A stretch of 64,000 nucleotides of DNA from Candidatus Omnitrophota bacterium. GTDB lineage: Bacteria; Acidobacteriota; Aminicenantia; UBA2199. Positions 42,636-52,688 of the stretch are shown in pieces (within the stretch, counting starts at the first letter, position 1; every line of letters begins with the position of its first letter). The notes below the pieces were generated by a model, which worked only from the letters and a program-made list of their open reading frames with translations, made no database searches and had not been told where the DNA came from. The stretch lies in contig JBLMYT010000132.1 in assembly GCA_050258455.1 (NCBI GenBank), forward strand, positions 82,349 to 146,348, given 5' to 3'. The position numbers and the translations under genes were made by a program.

Positions 42636-43314
42636 AGGATTCGTTCCGGGTTAACTCGTGGAGTTGCTCGATGGTGTAATCGGCCGCGAGCTTGCCGCGG
42701 TTAATGATCAAGACACGGTCGCAGGTGAGTTCGGCTTCGCTCAGGATATGGGTCGAGAAGATAATGGTTTTTTCTTTGCCGATCCGTTTGATGATGTCAC
42801 GGGTTTCGGCAATCTGGTTCGGATCGAGGCCGGACGTCGGTTCATCCAAAACCAGGATTTCGGGGTTCCCCATTAAGGCATGAGCGATACCGACCCGTTG
42901 ACGGTATCCCTTGGAGAGCTGGTTAATGTTTTTATGCATTACCTCGGTGAGACTGCAAAGTTCTGCCAGGTCTCTGATGTGGGAAAGCTTTTGTTTTTTC
43001 GGAACGCCCCGGATATCCGCCACATAATTGAGATAATCGTATACCATCATTTCATGATAGAGGGGTGCGGATTCCGGAAGATAGCCGATAAGTTTTTTAA
43101 TTTCCAACTGGTGATCATGGATGTTGTAGTCTTTGACCCGAATATTCCCGGAGGTAGCCTGGAGATATCCGGTCAGAATTCGGTAAGTAGTGGATTTGCC
43201 TGCGCCATTGGGGCCGAGAAATCCGAGGATTTCCCCTTTCTTGACTTCAAAGCTGATCTTGTCCACTGCGCAGAAGTTCCCGTAGAATTTGGTCAGGTTC
43301 TCAAACGTTATCAT
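42586..43314 (-). CDS. gldA: ABC transporter ATP-binding protein (GldA-like)
   Basis: GPNGAGKST, LSKGYRQRV and LVLDEPTSGLD motifs. The start is chosen at MITFENL, which has a GGAG ribosome-binding site. Confidence 0.85.
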   Translation of the reverse strand: MITFENLTKFYGNFCAVDKISFEVKKGEILGFLGPNGAGKSTTYRILTGYLQATSGNIRVKDYNIHDHQLEIKKLIGYLPESAPLYHEMMVYDYLNYVADIRGVPKKQKLSHIRDLAELCSLTEVMHKNINQLSKGYRQRVGIAHALMGNPEILVLDEPTSGLDPNQIAETRDIIKRIGKEKTIIFSTHILSEAELTCDRVLIINRGKLAADYTIEQLHELTRNESFEDIFRRITKGVTNGN

Positions 43315-43493
43315 GCGCTTCTCCTTTTTCTTCCCGCGAGGCAACGTCTGGTTGAGGCAGTTACGTGTAAACCCGCGGCTTTTTTATTTATGTTCATTTG
43401 TCAATGTACATACTGAATTTATGTGCGTGAATTTTTACTCTCAAAATAAGATTTTACCAGAATTACGGGTTTTGTCAAGGGCGTTAAATGGAC

Positions 43494-44843
43494 TCACTCG
43501 TTTGATGTTTTTTGTCGAAGAAATCCGATAAATGGACGCCCCGAGCGCCACTCCCGGACGATGAATAAAATCAGAAGCGGCAGGTATTCAATCGCCATCC
43601 AGAGAACCGAATCGCTCCATCTCCCCGTTGTTTTGTAGCGGTAAACCACGGCGTAACTGGCAGCCATCGTCCCGGACCACAGGGCAATGGCCGGATGGGC
43701 CGAGAGGCAGAGCAAACCGGTAAGAATTGTTAAATACCAGGGATGAATGGTCGGATTCAGCACCACAAACGCCAGAACGGCGACCATTATTTTTTTATTT
43801 AATGGGAAAGGGCGAAGTAACATCCGGAGGTAAACCGCGGCAAATAAGACAAAAGCGGCCATGTGCGCGGCGGCATTGGTTTTAAAAATGAAAAGGAGAG
43901 CAAAAAACAGCGGGTTATTAAAATACCACCTGGTAGAATAGTTCAACACCACGTTTAATAAATTCGTCGCCGATGAAAAATACAAGGCATAAAAACCCAG
44001 TCCGGTGAGAAGCAGCGGGATAACGAAGCGGTATAGCGGATGAGTGATTCGAGTGATCCGGTCCCTGGGTCCGTAGCCGGGGTTCTTGATCAAATAGAAG
44101 AAAAGAATCGGAAGCAGAATCACGGGGATTAACTTGGTCATCACGGCACACGCGGCAGCCATTCCGGAAAGAACAAAGCGACGGTCATCAAACAGCCAGA
44201 GGCTCAACAGAACGAAGAAAACCATGAGAATATCGAGGTGACCGTTGATGGCAGTTTCCATGATTACCAGTGGGTTCCAGGCAAAGAACAGAAACCACCG
44301 GGGAGAACCGGAGAATCGTTGGAGCAGGAGATAAAAAATAGTCATACTGCCGCAAGCCGTTAAGAGAAAGAGGAATTTCATCCCCGTGAGGCTCTCGCCG
44401 AAGAGCGTGTAGGACAGCAAGAAGAAGACCTGAGCCATGGGCGGATAAATGGTTTTGAGCGTCGGGAAATTGACCCGCTCGGGTAAGACTTCGGAATGAT
44501 ACGGCGCTAAGACCGGATCATTGGGGGCGTAGGTGTACGGGTTGATATGGTTGGCTTGAATCTTTCCGTCCCAGATATAGCGGTAAATGTCGTCGGATTG
44601 ATCGGGCGGCGTGGTCATGAGGGTCAAACCGAAAAGCAAGGAAAAGAGAATGACGGTGAGCGCGAAGGAACGCGAAAAGGGTTGTTTTTTGGATAAACCA
44701 AAGGCGATGGCAGTCAGGATAAACACCGCTGCCCATACAATCGTGTAGAGGATCACGGCTTGCGCGGGGGTTTTGGGGTAAAATTTATAGAATAAAAAGA
44801 GGGTTTCGATCAGTAAACCGAAAATAAGGTACAAGGGATGCAT
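43494..44843 (-). CDS. Polytopic membrane glycosyltransferase-like protein (DUF2029/GT87-like)
   Basis: About 12 transmembrane helices and a conserved DxD-like region (DDIYRYIWDG) in the first periplasmic loop. Confidence 0.5.
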   Translation of the reverse strand: MHPLYLIFGLLIETLFLFYKFYPKTPAQAVILYTIVWAAVFILTAIAFGLSKKQPFSRSFALTVILFSLLFGLTLMTTPPDQSDDIYRYIWDGKIQANHINPYTYAPNDPVLAPYHSEVLPERVNFPTLKTIYPPMAQVFFLLSYTLFGESLTGMKFLFLLTACGSMTIFYLLLQRFSGSPRWFLFFAWNPLVIMETAINGHLDILMVFFVLLSLWLFDDRRFVLSGMAAACAVMTKLIPVILLPILFFYLIKNPGYGPRDRITRITHPLYRFVIPLLLTGLGFYALYFSSATNLLNVVLNYSTRWYFNNPLFFALLFIFKTNAAAHMAAFVLFAAVYLRMLLRPFPLNKKIMVAVLAFVVLNPTIHPWYLTILTGLLCLSAHPAIALWSGTMAASYAVVYRYKTTGRWSDSVLWMAIEYLPLLILFIVREWRSGRPFIGFLRQKTSNE

Positions 44844-44858
44844 CGGGATGCGCCCGGG

Positions 44859-45920
44859 TTAGGAAACGGGACGAGTGAAGCGGCATTCGGGGTAATTGGC
44901 ACACCCCAGAAACGACCCGAACTTTCCCTTGTGCGGCTTGAGGAGCCCCCCGCATTCGGGACACACCTGGGTCCCGTCGATATTGGGATCTGCGGCGGCA
45001 TTACGCTCATTAACGCCGAGGTTTTGGGTAAATTTACATCGGGGGTAATTTCGGCACCCCAAAAACGCTCCGAATTTCCCCTTTCTTTCCTGCAACTGGC
45101 CGCCGCACAGCGGGCAGGCTTCCAGATACGCATCGGGGCTGGCGGCTTTTCCGGTGGCCGACTCGCGGGACGCGTCACACATGGCGTTGTACCCACACCA
45201 CAGGCACAGCATGGAGGGTTTGGCCACAAAGGCGTCGGGTGACGTATTTAATATGGTATCGATTTCGCGGAGTAAATCCTCTCGGACCTTTTGGGCCTCC
45301 TCACGGGAAAACCGAACAACAATCGCGCGGTTTTCCTTTAAATGTTCGTAACACAATTCGATCTCCGCTTCCGACCGGTTTAAGAACAGGTACAGGGCAT
45401 AAGACGGGAGTTGAAGGGTACTCAACGGATGGTCCACTTTCCCGGTTTTATAATCGGTGATGCGAAGGGTCCCGTCCGAATGAAGCGCGATCCGGTCGAT
45501 GACACCGCGGAAAACAATGTCATCCCTTAAGGGAAATTCGAACTCATGTTCCAGGTGAAGGGTGAAGCTGCGATCCTCGAAAAATACCCGGTGAAAATAC
45601 GCGGAAACAAAGGCACGGCCCTGATGGTAATAATCGTCCCGTGTGGTGGTGTCTTTGACAATTTTAATGGTTTCAAAATCTCCCTGATGCCAAAACCGTT
45701 CGTATTGCTCCAGGGTCAGCGGAAGGGACGGCTCGGTTCCCTGGCGCCGCTGGTCATAAGCCCATTCCAGGGCCTGATGAACCGTACTTCCCATATAGGC
45801 TTCAATCGACGAGAACGCCTCGGGTAATTGCCGAATGTATTTAAACTCAAACGACCGGGGACAGGTTTTAAAACTGGAAATCCCGGAAAAACTAAAATGC
45901 GTTAACGCTGGTGCTGTCAT
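44859..45920 (-). CDS. PD-(D/E)XK nuclease-family protein (Cas4/RecB-like) fused to two C-terminal topoisomerase-type C4 zinc ribbons
   Basis: A nuclease core motif ITDYKTGK, then CPLCGGQLQERKGKFGAFLGCRNYPRCKFT and CPECGGLLKPHKGKFGSFLGCANYPECRFT. Confidence 0.7.
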   Translation of the reverse strand: MTAPALTHFSFSGISSFKTCPRSFEFKYIRQLPEAFSSIEAYMGSTVHQALEWAYDQRRQGTEPSLPLTLEQYERFWHQGDFETIKIVKDTTTRDDYYHQGRAFVSAYFHRVFFEDRSFTLHLEHEFEFPLRDDIVFRGVIDRIALHSDGTLRITDYKTGKVDHPLSTLQLPSYALYLFLNRSEAEIELCYEHLKENRAIVVRFSREEAQKVREDLLREIDTILNTSPDAFVAKPSMLCLWCGYNAMCDASRESATGKAASPDAYLEACPLCGGQLQERKGKFGAFLGCRNYPRCKFTQNLGVNERNAAADPNIDGTQVCPECGGLLKPHKGKFGSFLGCANYPECRFTRPVS

Positions 45921-45987
45921 TACACTCCAAACTCCTCATTGTTGATAATGTTGATAATGCTGATGATGTTGATGACGTTGATGATGT

Positions 45988-47877
45988 TCATGCGACAAAA
46001 TCGCCGATTCCAAATTGATCCAGAAAGATACCGAAGGTAATGACCGTGATGAGTAAATCGCTGTCAAACGGTAAATTGAGGCGGAATCCTTCCTGGCTGT
46101 ACTGTTTTTTTAACCGTTCCACGCTGTCGGGGTTAAAATAACCCTGCTTTTTAATGCGTTCATAGGAAAGCAGGTCATTGATGTATTCAATATTGCGATT
46201 CAATAAGTAAGGACTTCCCGGCGCCACAAACCCGAATTTCTCCCGCTTGATGATTTCCGGGGGAACGAGGCCGGAAGCCATGCGCTTGACGATGTACTTT
46301 TCATCGAAGTCCTTTAACTTCAAATCCGGGGGAACGGTGGCTGCAAATTCCACGAGGTTTTTATCGAGAAACGGATAGCGGGCTTCGACCGAATTGGCCA
46401 TGGCCTGCCGGTCCCCGTGATCGGAGATCAAATGATCGGCCAACCGAAGTTTATAATCCAGGTAAGACCGCTTATGGATGTTGTCCCTGTTTTTTAGCCG
46501 TTCGTTGTTCACGACGAAATGGTTGATGCAGTGAATGGCATCAAAGTCTGCGTTCACCTGTTCGGAGTACAAATCCCGTTTGACTGCGGAAAAGGCGTAT
46601 TTGAATTTCTCATAGAAGAAGTTTTCATCGCCCCATAACCGCCGACGGATGGCGTCTTCAAACGGGGTTTCGGGCGTGACGGTTTTCTTTTGCATCTGCC
46701 GCATTTTATCGAATCGGTATCCGACATAACCGGCAAAAAATTCGTCCGACCCTTCACCAGTGAGAACCACCTTGATGTTGTGGCTTCGAACCGATTCGGA
46801 TAACGCAAAAGACGCGGTATTGTAGGTTTCTTTGATGGCGCATTCGCAGTGCCGGATGGCCTGGGGTAAGCGGGAACTGATATCCCCGAACCGAAACAGG
46901 ATTTCATGATGATCGGAATTCACGGATTTTGCCATGAGCCGCTGAAATTTGGATTCGGATATCTCTTTTTCCAAAAAATCGATCGCAAAGGAATGCCGTC
47001 GATTCTCGGGGGTGAGTCGATGCGTCAAGGCAGTGATGACCGACGAATCCAATCCCCCACTGATATAAATGCCCACCGGAACATCGGACCGAAGCCGTAA
47101 CCGCACGGATTCGGTAATCAATTCCTCGAGCCGTTTGACGTAATACGCGTCATCGTGTCGGTAATCGGCGGCATGAATTTCCGGATAAATGACGTCCCAG
47201 TATTCGACATCCCGAATCTCGTCGCGATCGCCGTCCGGTTTCACGAGTAAATAATGACCGTTTTCCAGACTCTTAATGTGTTTAAACATGGTTCGGGGGC
47301 TGACCAGTCCGGGAAAGGTAAACACCTGGTCCAGGCCCACGAGGTCGGCTTCGCGCTTAACGCCCGGATATTCCAGAATGGCTTTGATTTCCGAACCGAA
47401 GATAAACAGTCCGTCGACCAGGGTATAGAAAAAGGGAAGCACGCCGAAATGGTCTCGGGCGCAGAATAACTGCTGTTTTTTAAAATCGAAAATGGCAAAG
47501 GAAAATTGGGCGTTGAGTTGATTTAAAAACTCCGGGCCCGATTCTTCGTAAAGGTGAACCAGAACTTCGACGTCAGTCCGGGTTTTAAAGGTGTGCCCGC
47601 GCTGAATCAGATCTTCTCGGAGCTCGATGTAATTGAATATTTCACCGTTGCAGATGAGCATGATGGAGCCATCTTCGTTAAACAGGGGTTGCATGCCCCC
47701 TTCCAGGTCGATGATGCTGAGCCTGGAAAAACCGAACCCCAGGTTTCCGTGGTTGGCGATAACCACATTTTCGCCGTCGGGTCCACGGTGATAGAGTTGG
47801 GCGGTCATGCGTCGGATCACGGCCTCATCGACCCGGCCCCGCTGTCTTAAATCAAACATTCCGCAAATTCCACACAT
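45988..47877 (-). CDS. asnB: Asparagine synthetase B-family glutamine amidotransferase
   Basis: The start is set at MCGICGM, since an Ntn amidotransferase requires Cys at position 2. The PP-loop motif SGGLDSS is present. Confidence 0.85.
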   Translation of the reverse strand: MCGICGMFDLRQRGRVDEAVIRRMTAQLYHRGPDGENVVIANHGNLGFGFSRLSIIDLEGGMQPLFNEDGSIMLICNGEIFNYIELREDLIQRGHTFKTRTDVEVLVHLYEESGPEFLNQLNAQFSFAIFDFKKQQLFCARDHFGVLPFFYTLVDGLFIFGSEIKAILEYPGVKREADLVGLDQVFTFPGLVSPRTMFKHIKSLENGHYLLVKPDGDRDEIRDVEYWDVIYPEIHAADYRHDDAYYVKRLEELITESVRLRLRSDVPVGIYISGGLDSSVITALTHRLTPENRRHSFAIDFLEKEISESKFQRLMAKSVNSDHHEILFRFGDISSRLPQAIRHCECAIKETYNTASFALSESVRSHNIKVVLTGEGSDEFFAGYVGYRFDKMRQMQKKTVTPETPFEDAIRRRLWGDENFFYEKFKYAFSAVKRDLYSEQVNADFDAIHCINHFVVNNERLKNRDNIHKRSYLDYKLRLADHLISDHGDRQAMANSVEARYPFLDKNLVEFAATVPPDLKLKDFDEKYIVKRMASGLVPPEIIKREKFGFVAPGSPYLLNRNIEYINDLLSYERIKKQGYFNPDSVERLKKQYSQEGFRLNLPFDSDLLITVITFGIFLDQFGIGDFVA

Positions 47878-47973
47878 GGTTGATCCCTCGATGTTGAATT
47901 TAATATAATAGCGTATCACACATTTCGGAATTTTCAATACCCAAAATAAAAAAGTTTTTGGCCCCACCTTTTT

Positions 47974-50900
47974 TCAAAAAGGTGGGCGGCAAACGTTGAT
48001 AAAGGAACGGATCACACCGATCAGAATCACGGAAAGGGTAAACACGGTAATAAGCATCGGGTCTCCGGTTAGCGTCATCATGCTGACAATCAGGGCAATG
48101 AGGGTCAAGGCAATGGCGAAAAGAAGAATCCGACACTTGAGGTATGGCTTTTGGCGCCATTCATCCGACGGAGACGGGATCGCTCGTTTCGAGTTTCCCC
48201 CCAAGGCATCGACGCGGTCTGCGACTTGCTTCACGTATCGCGTAAACACGGAAAACCAACGGTTGTGTTCGGGAATTTCCCGTTCGATCCACCGTAAATT
48301 GGCCAACAGGCGTTCTTCGCGGGCAACGATTTCCTCTTTTTCCCGCACCGGAATCGTGATCTGAAACGACCCCAGGACCCGCCGCTGATTTCGCGGACGA
48401 GAGGCCGCTGCCAACCGCACCTCTTCCCTGGGGATAAACGCCCGCGTCAATGTCGTGACCTGCCGCACAATGATCGTAAACGCCTGCCCTTTTCGGATGG
48501 TTTCCGGAAGGTCGATCGTGATCATCCCGACCTCATTGCCGCCTTCCCCTTTGGGGATCGGAATATAATCGATACCGCCCGTCTCACATTGCAGCGTATG
48601 GGAATCGATTCGCACAACGTGATGGGACCGGTACAGTTTCATGGCTAGTTCGAGAACTTCGTTGGTATCCACACCCGGAAGGTAAATCGTGGCCAGACTC
48701 CCGGCCGGCGTATTGCCCCAATCGATCATCAGTTCGTCCGGAACCTCATCGGGCGTTAATTCCGATCCGGTCGGTCGGAATTCAAAGGTATGAGGAATGC
48801 GACGCGAGGCAATAGTTCCCGGATTGGCGGATTCTACAATCGCCAGGTTGCGTTGGGCGAGTTTATCCGAAAGCGATGGCGACGCACCGGTGAGAATAGG
48901 TGCCGGATCAAAGGCAATTTCCGCCACCAAACACTGGTGCTGGTTTCGGATGAGTTCCTGAATCGTCTTTCGGTTCACGGCCGCGTAAGGCCCATCGGGC
49001 GGCGTCGGGTAAATCGGAAACTGAGGTTGCGTTTGGTTAATATCCAACCAACACCCGAAATACCTCACGACCTCGTTGCCGTTTAAATCCGCCGGAATCT
49101 CCCGAACGTTGACCGGATCGGTTTGCTGACTCATGGATACGGCCGAGGAGTCGATCCGCGGGGCAGCGAAAAACGGAATCGTCATGAGTTCGCCCCCACT
49201 CAGACCGAGGAGCGCGTTGACCTCCGTGCCCTGGGTCGAACGGCGATAATTGGTGGCCGGATCGTACGCCAGAGAGGTTGATGACGCCGGGAAAGATCGA
49301 AAAAAAACGCGCACGTTGTGCGCCGCTTGAACTTTGGCCCGATAACGGACTTTGGCAATGGCATAATTGTAAACCGGGATACCGTCGACGGTCTGAGAAA
49401 GCTCCAATCGGGAGAGTTGAGGATCCGCGGATATGCCCTCGAACCCCTCCCCGCCTGTGGCGCCACTGTTCAGGTTGTGAAGCACACCGGCGATGAAATC
49501 ATTGGGATCACCGCTCATCGTCTGATTAAACCGCATGTCACCGGTCTTGATCTGAAACACGCGCAAATCCGTGCTGAGCCAGGTGATTTCCCCATCGATT
49601 TCATAGGGATTGGGTTGCGTGGTCAGGTATATACTCGCATTCGCCGATACGGTGGACAGGGAGGCGGTCAAATTCACGATCTGAAAATCGCTTGCCGCAA
49701 AAGCGTTATTACCGGTAAAACGAATCCGGTATTTCCAGGTGATGCGCTGTCGGCGCAGGAGATGATCCGGGTCTTCCAGGCCGATGGTGGCCATGACTTC
49801 AACGGCCATTTGCGGCACATCCGGGGAGAGTGTCAGCGTGGGGTGAATATTGGGAACGCCCACGAGGGTAATGTCGGTGATACCGAGTTCCGAAGGCGTA
49901 AAGCCGTCAACGATGACAAAGAATGCACTGTTGATATTGGCCGGATTGACGATAGTCAATAACGCGTCGACTTCGTCTTTTGAAATATTGCTTCGGTCAA
50001 CGATGAACGCACATTTTTTCTCCAGGGGACAGACATACGGAGGCGGACCATACGCACTGCATTCTTCATTGAGCCGGAGTCGATACAACTCCATGTCATT
50101 ATCGGCTTGCACCTGGGTCGCTGTTCCGCCGCCATAGTTGTACCGATCCCAGGCCGAAGACGTCAGGTCCGCACCCGGGTCTCCCTGAACGGTTTTCCAT
50201 TCCTCGAGCGTCACCGGCCGGTTAAAGAGGGAGGGATCGATCACCATTTTGACCGCCGGCCCATCGTTTGGTTTGACCAGTAAGGTCGGGGCCACGTGCC
50301 ACCCCCAGTACACTTCACACTCGGGAACGTTGGCGGTCAGCACATGTAAATTCCCGGATATCCAGATTTTTTCCGGCGTTTCCCCCTGAGCTTGCATCAG
50401 GTAACACATCATGTGGGCTCGGATCCAGCATCCGTCGTACGGGTACTTGAAGGGGATGCAGGACGCTTCCATTGCACAGGGGATACAGGACTGTGTTTTC
50501 ATCTGATTAAAGAGTTCGACGGCCCGGTTCCAGGTTACCGGCGGATCCGGAGGGTTCGAGGCCGGGGACTCCGGCGATTCGTTTTCTCCAAATGAGGGCG
50601 GAAGGGGCCGAACATCGATGATTTCAAAATCATTGGCCGCGGTCACCTGGACGGTTGTCTGCGTATTCAGGGCGTTTTGCAGCGCGTCGCGAATATCTTG
50701 AAAATCGGGATTATTGCGTCGGATATAATAGCGGGCTTCGGAGGTAGAGAAAAAAACATAAACGACGTCTCCCCCCTGATCCGCGATTCTTAACACGTTG
50801 GCTGCCTGGGGCACATACAAGGCCGTGATGATCCGGGTATCCGGATCGATTTCCACATACACCGGCCGATTGTTCTTTCGGAGGTACTCGATTATTTTTA

Positions 50901-51066
50901 CCCAAACCGATGCACGCGGATAACTCAAATCCAAAAGACCTTTTCGGTCTCCTTCCAGGATCACTGTCTTCAGTTGCGGCGTTCCCGGAAATGGCCGGAT
51001 GCCTCGCATCTCCGAGGACGGGGAAATACTCGTGATTTTACCGATAAGGGCATTTTGTTTGGACAT
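47974..51066 (-). CDS. Large hypothetical protein (1030 aa) with an internal papain-fold protein-glutaminase-like domain and two C-terminal transmembrane helices
   Basis: Residues about 185-310 (LFNQMKTQSC..SCIPFKYPYDGCWIRAHMM..YGNLH..WGWHVA..IDPSLF) resemble the protein-glutaminase family (recalled from memory, no search run). There is no signal peptide; the C-terminus is hydrophobic. Confidence 0.55.
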   Translation of the reverse strand: MSKQNALIGKITSISPSSEMRGIRPFPGTPQLKTVILEGDRKGLLDLSYPRASVWVKIIEYLRKNNRPVYVEIDPDTRIITALYVPQAANVLRIADQGGDVVYVFFSTSEARYYIRRNNPDFQDIRDALQNALNTQTTVQVTAANDFEIIDVRPLPPSFGENESPESPASNPPDPPVTWNRAVELFNQMKTQSCIPCAMEASCIPFKYPYDGCWIRAHMMCYLMQAQGETPEKIWISGNLHVLTANVPECEVYWGWHVAPTLLVKPNDGPAVKMVIDPSLFNRPVTLEEWKTVQGDPGADLTSSAWDRYNYGGGTATQVQADNDMELYRLRLNEECSAYGPPPYVCPLEKKCAFIVDRSNISKDEVDALLTIVNPANINSAFFVIVDGFTPSELGITDITLVGVPNIHPTLTLSPDVPQMAVEVMATIGLEDPDHLLRRQRITWKYRIRFTGNNAFAASDFQIVNLTASLSTVSANASIYLTTQPNPYEIDGEITWLSTDLRVFQIKTGDMRFNQTMSGDPNDFIAGVLHNLNSGATGGEGFEGISADPQLSRLELSQTVDGIPVYNYAIAKVRYRAKVQAAHNVRVFFRSFPASSTSLAYDPATNYRRSTQGTEVNALLGLSGGELMTIPFFAAPRIDSSAVSMSQQTDPVNVREIPADLNGNEVVRYFGCWLDINQTQPQFPIYPTPPDGPYAAVNRKTIQELIRNQHQCLVAEIAFDPAPILTGASPSLSDKLAQRNLAIVESANPGTIASRRIPHTFEFRPTGSELTPDEVPDELMIDWGNTPAGSLATIYLPGVDTNEVLELAMKLYRSHHVVRIDSHTLQCETGGIDYIPIPKGEGGNEVGMITIDLPETIRKGQAFTIIVRQVTTLTRAFIPREEVRLAAASRPRNQRRVLGSFQITIPVREKEEIVAREERLLANLRWIEREIPEHNRWFSVFTRYVKQVADRVDALGGNSKRAIPSPSDEWRQKPYLKCRILLFAIALTLIALIVSMMTLTGDPMLITVFTLSVILIGVIRSFINVCRPPF

Positions 51067-51159
51067 GGTTGAATCCCTCCTAAAGATTTTATTTTCGTTT
51101 TCGATTTACCGTTGCGCACGTTCCGACCCATTGGAGATTCAAGCCGTCAATCTCGGGTA

Positions 51160-51199
51160 AATAAAGCCCCCAGGGTGGTGAAGGTCACCCTGGGGGCTT
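51160..51199. terminator. Bidirectional rho-independent terminator hairpin
   Basis: aaagcccccagggtg-gtgaagg-tcaccctgggggcttttt. Confidence 0.7.
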
Positions 51200-51248
51200 T
51201 TTATTTAAACTGGGTGCATCGGCGATAATAAAGGAACCACTTAACTGC

Positions 51249-51761
51249 TTAAAACTTCCACCTCAGACCGACCTGAAGGGTGGAGAACTCGACGCCTCGT
51301 TTGGCAGGGTACGCGTCGTGGTAATTGTAGGCGAATTCCAACGCCACCGAAGGCTTGATTTGATAATCAAGACCTGCCCCGAGGTTAAAACCGATCTGGT
51401 CGTGCCCGGACCAATTCGATGGCTTTTGCAAATAGAGCCCAAATCCACCGTTAACGTAAGGCTTAAGCGAGCCACCCGTGATAAAATAAATCCGGCCGTT
51501 GAGCGACATCTGCCAGACATGAAGATTAGCGGCAGCCTTGCCCATGAGCCGATGATAACCCAACACCCCTTCGAGCGTGATCCAGGGATTCAGGTAATAT
51601 TCGAGTCCCACATTGGCGCTGATTCCCGGGTCGTAGGTCCGATGCGGAATGGCCATCCCCAACCGGGCGCTCATGGCGATATCGGCCGAAACCATGTCCC
51701 CCACCAGGAATAAAATAACCACGGCGAATAAGCCGAGTTTCATCAATTTTTTTATACTCAT
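51249..51761 (-). CDS. Small outer-membrane beta-barrel protein (OmpW/OmpA-like 8-strand barrel), paralog 1
   Basis: A signal peptide, alternating hydrophobic strands and a C-terminal aromatic residue (GLRWKF). Confidence 0.7.
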   Translation of the reverse strand: MSIKKLMKLGLFAVVILFLVGDMVSADIAMSARLGMAIPHRTYDPGISANVGLEYYLNPWITLEGVLGYHRLMGKAAANLHVWQMSLNGRIYFITGGSLKPYVNGGFGLYLQKPSNWSGHDQIGFNLGAGLDYQIKPSVALEFAYNYHDAYPAKRGVEFSTLQVGLRWKF

Positions 51762-52041
51762 ATTTCCTCCTTAATAAATTTATGACTCAATCACTTTCTC
51801 TCTCTTCATTCCCCAAAAAATATCTTTAAAAAATTCGATCCATGTTTCATCGATCCGGGATAAGAATAATACAATTACCAAAATTTTTGTTCTATTTTTA
51901 TAGAAATGGAAACCTTTTTTTTTGAGGTTCGACAGGAAAGAATTTTTGGATATCAATTTTTATAAAATGATATTTTGGGGTTAAAATGTCTGGGGCAAAT
52001 TCATGGGAATCTTCAATTCAAAATAAGTGGATTTTAATCCA

Positions 52042-52085
52042 CCGCGGAACAGATAAACCCCCGGGGTCATGCTCACCCCGGGAGC
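52042..52085. terminator. Rho-independent terminator hairpin
   Basis: cccggggt-catgctc-accccggg, then a T/A-rich run. Confidence 0.55.
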
Positions 52086-52134
52086 TTTATTATTAAAATT
52101 TGTGTGCCTCGGCAAGGATGAAATCAAGGCACCA

Positions 52135-52677
52135 TTAAAAATGGAATCGAAGTCCGGCTTGAAGGGCTGAAAACTTGAGGCTCCAGTCTCCGGGTTGGAT
52201 ACAATGAAAGTTATACGCCAATTCCAAGGCCAGGGAGGGATTTAGGTAATAATCCAGCCCTGCACCGACGTTAAAGCCAAAGTGACTGGTCGCCGACTGG
52301 ATCCTTTCCTTTTGGAAATAAAGCCCAAACCCACCATTGACATAAGGTTTTAATGGACCAGCAGTGAAGAAATAAACGCGACCGTTTAGGGATAGCTGCC
52401 ATACATCAAGATTCGGAATGCCAAAACTTTTGCCCACGAGCATATGGTACCCCAAAACGCCTTCGAGCGTAATCGAAGGCGTCACGTAATAGTTAATACC
52501 AATATTTGCACTCATTCCAGGATCATAGAGACTCGAATGCGGGAAGGTCACTCCTACCCGGGCGCTTGCTGCCATTTGCATCGGATACGCCTCCCCCACC
52601 ATGAATAAAATCACTATTATGGCTAAACCGAATTTCATAACCTGGGGAATTTTTCCCCATAATGATTTGTTAGTCAT
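52135..52677 (-). CDS. Small outer-membrane beta-barrel protein, paralog 2
   Basis: The start is chosen at MTNKSLW, with an AAGGAGG ribosome-binding site 6 nt upstream; the C-terminus is GLRFHF. Confidence 0.7.
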   Translation of the reverse strand: MTNKSLWGKIPQVMKFGLAIIVILFMVGEAYPMQMAASARVGVTFPHSSLYDPGMSANIGINYYVTPSITLEGVLGYHMLVGKSFGIPNLDVWQLSLNGRVYFFTAGPLKPYVNGGFGLYFQKERIQSATSHFGFNVGAGLDYYLNPSLALELAYNFHCIQPGDWSLKFSALQAGLRFHF

Positions 52678-52688
52678 TTTTAACCTCC

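Noticed and set aside
47878-47967. An N-terminal extension of asnB (track start MGPKTFLF...)
   Set aside because: Class II amidotransferases need the catalytic Cys directly after the initiator Met, and MCGICGM at 47877 satisfies this.
49318-49962. A 214-aa plus-strand ORF inside the large 47974-51066 gene
   Set aside because: It is antisense to a 1030-aa ORF with a recognisable domain; high GC locally keeps the antisense frame open.
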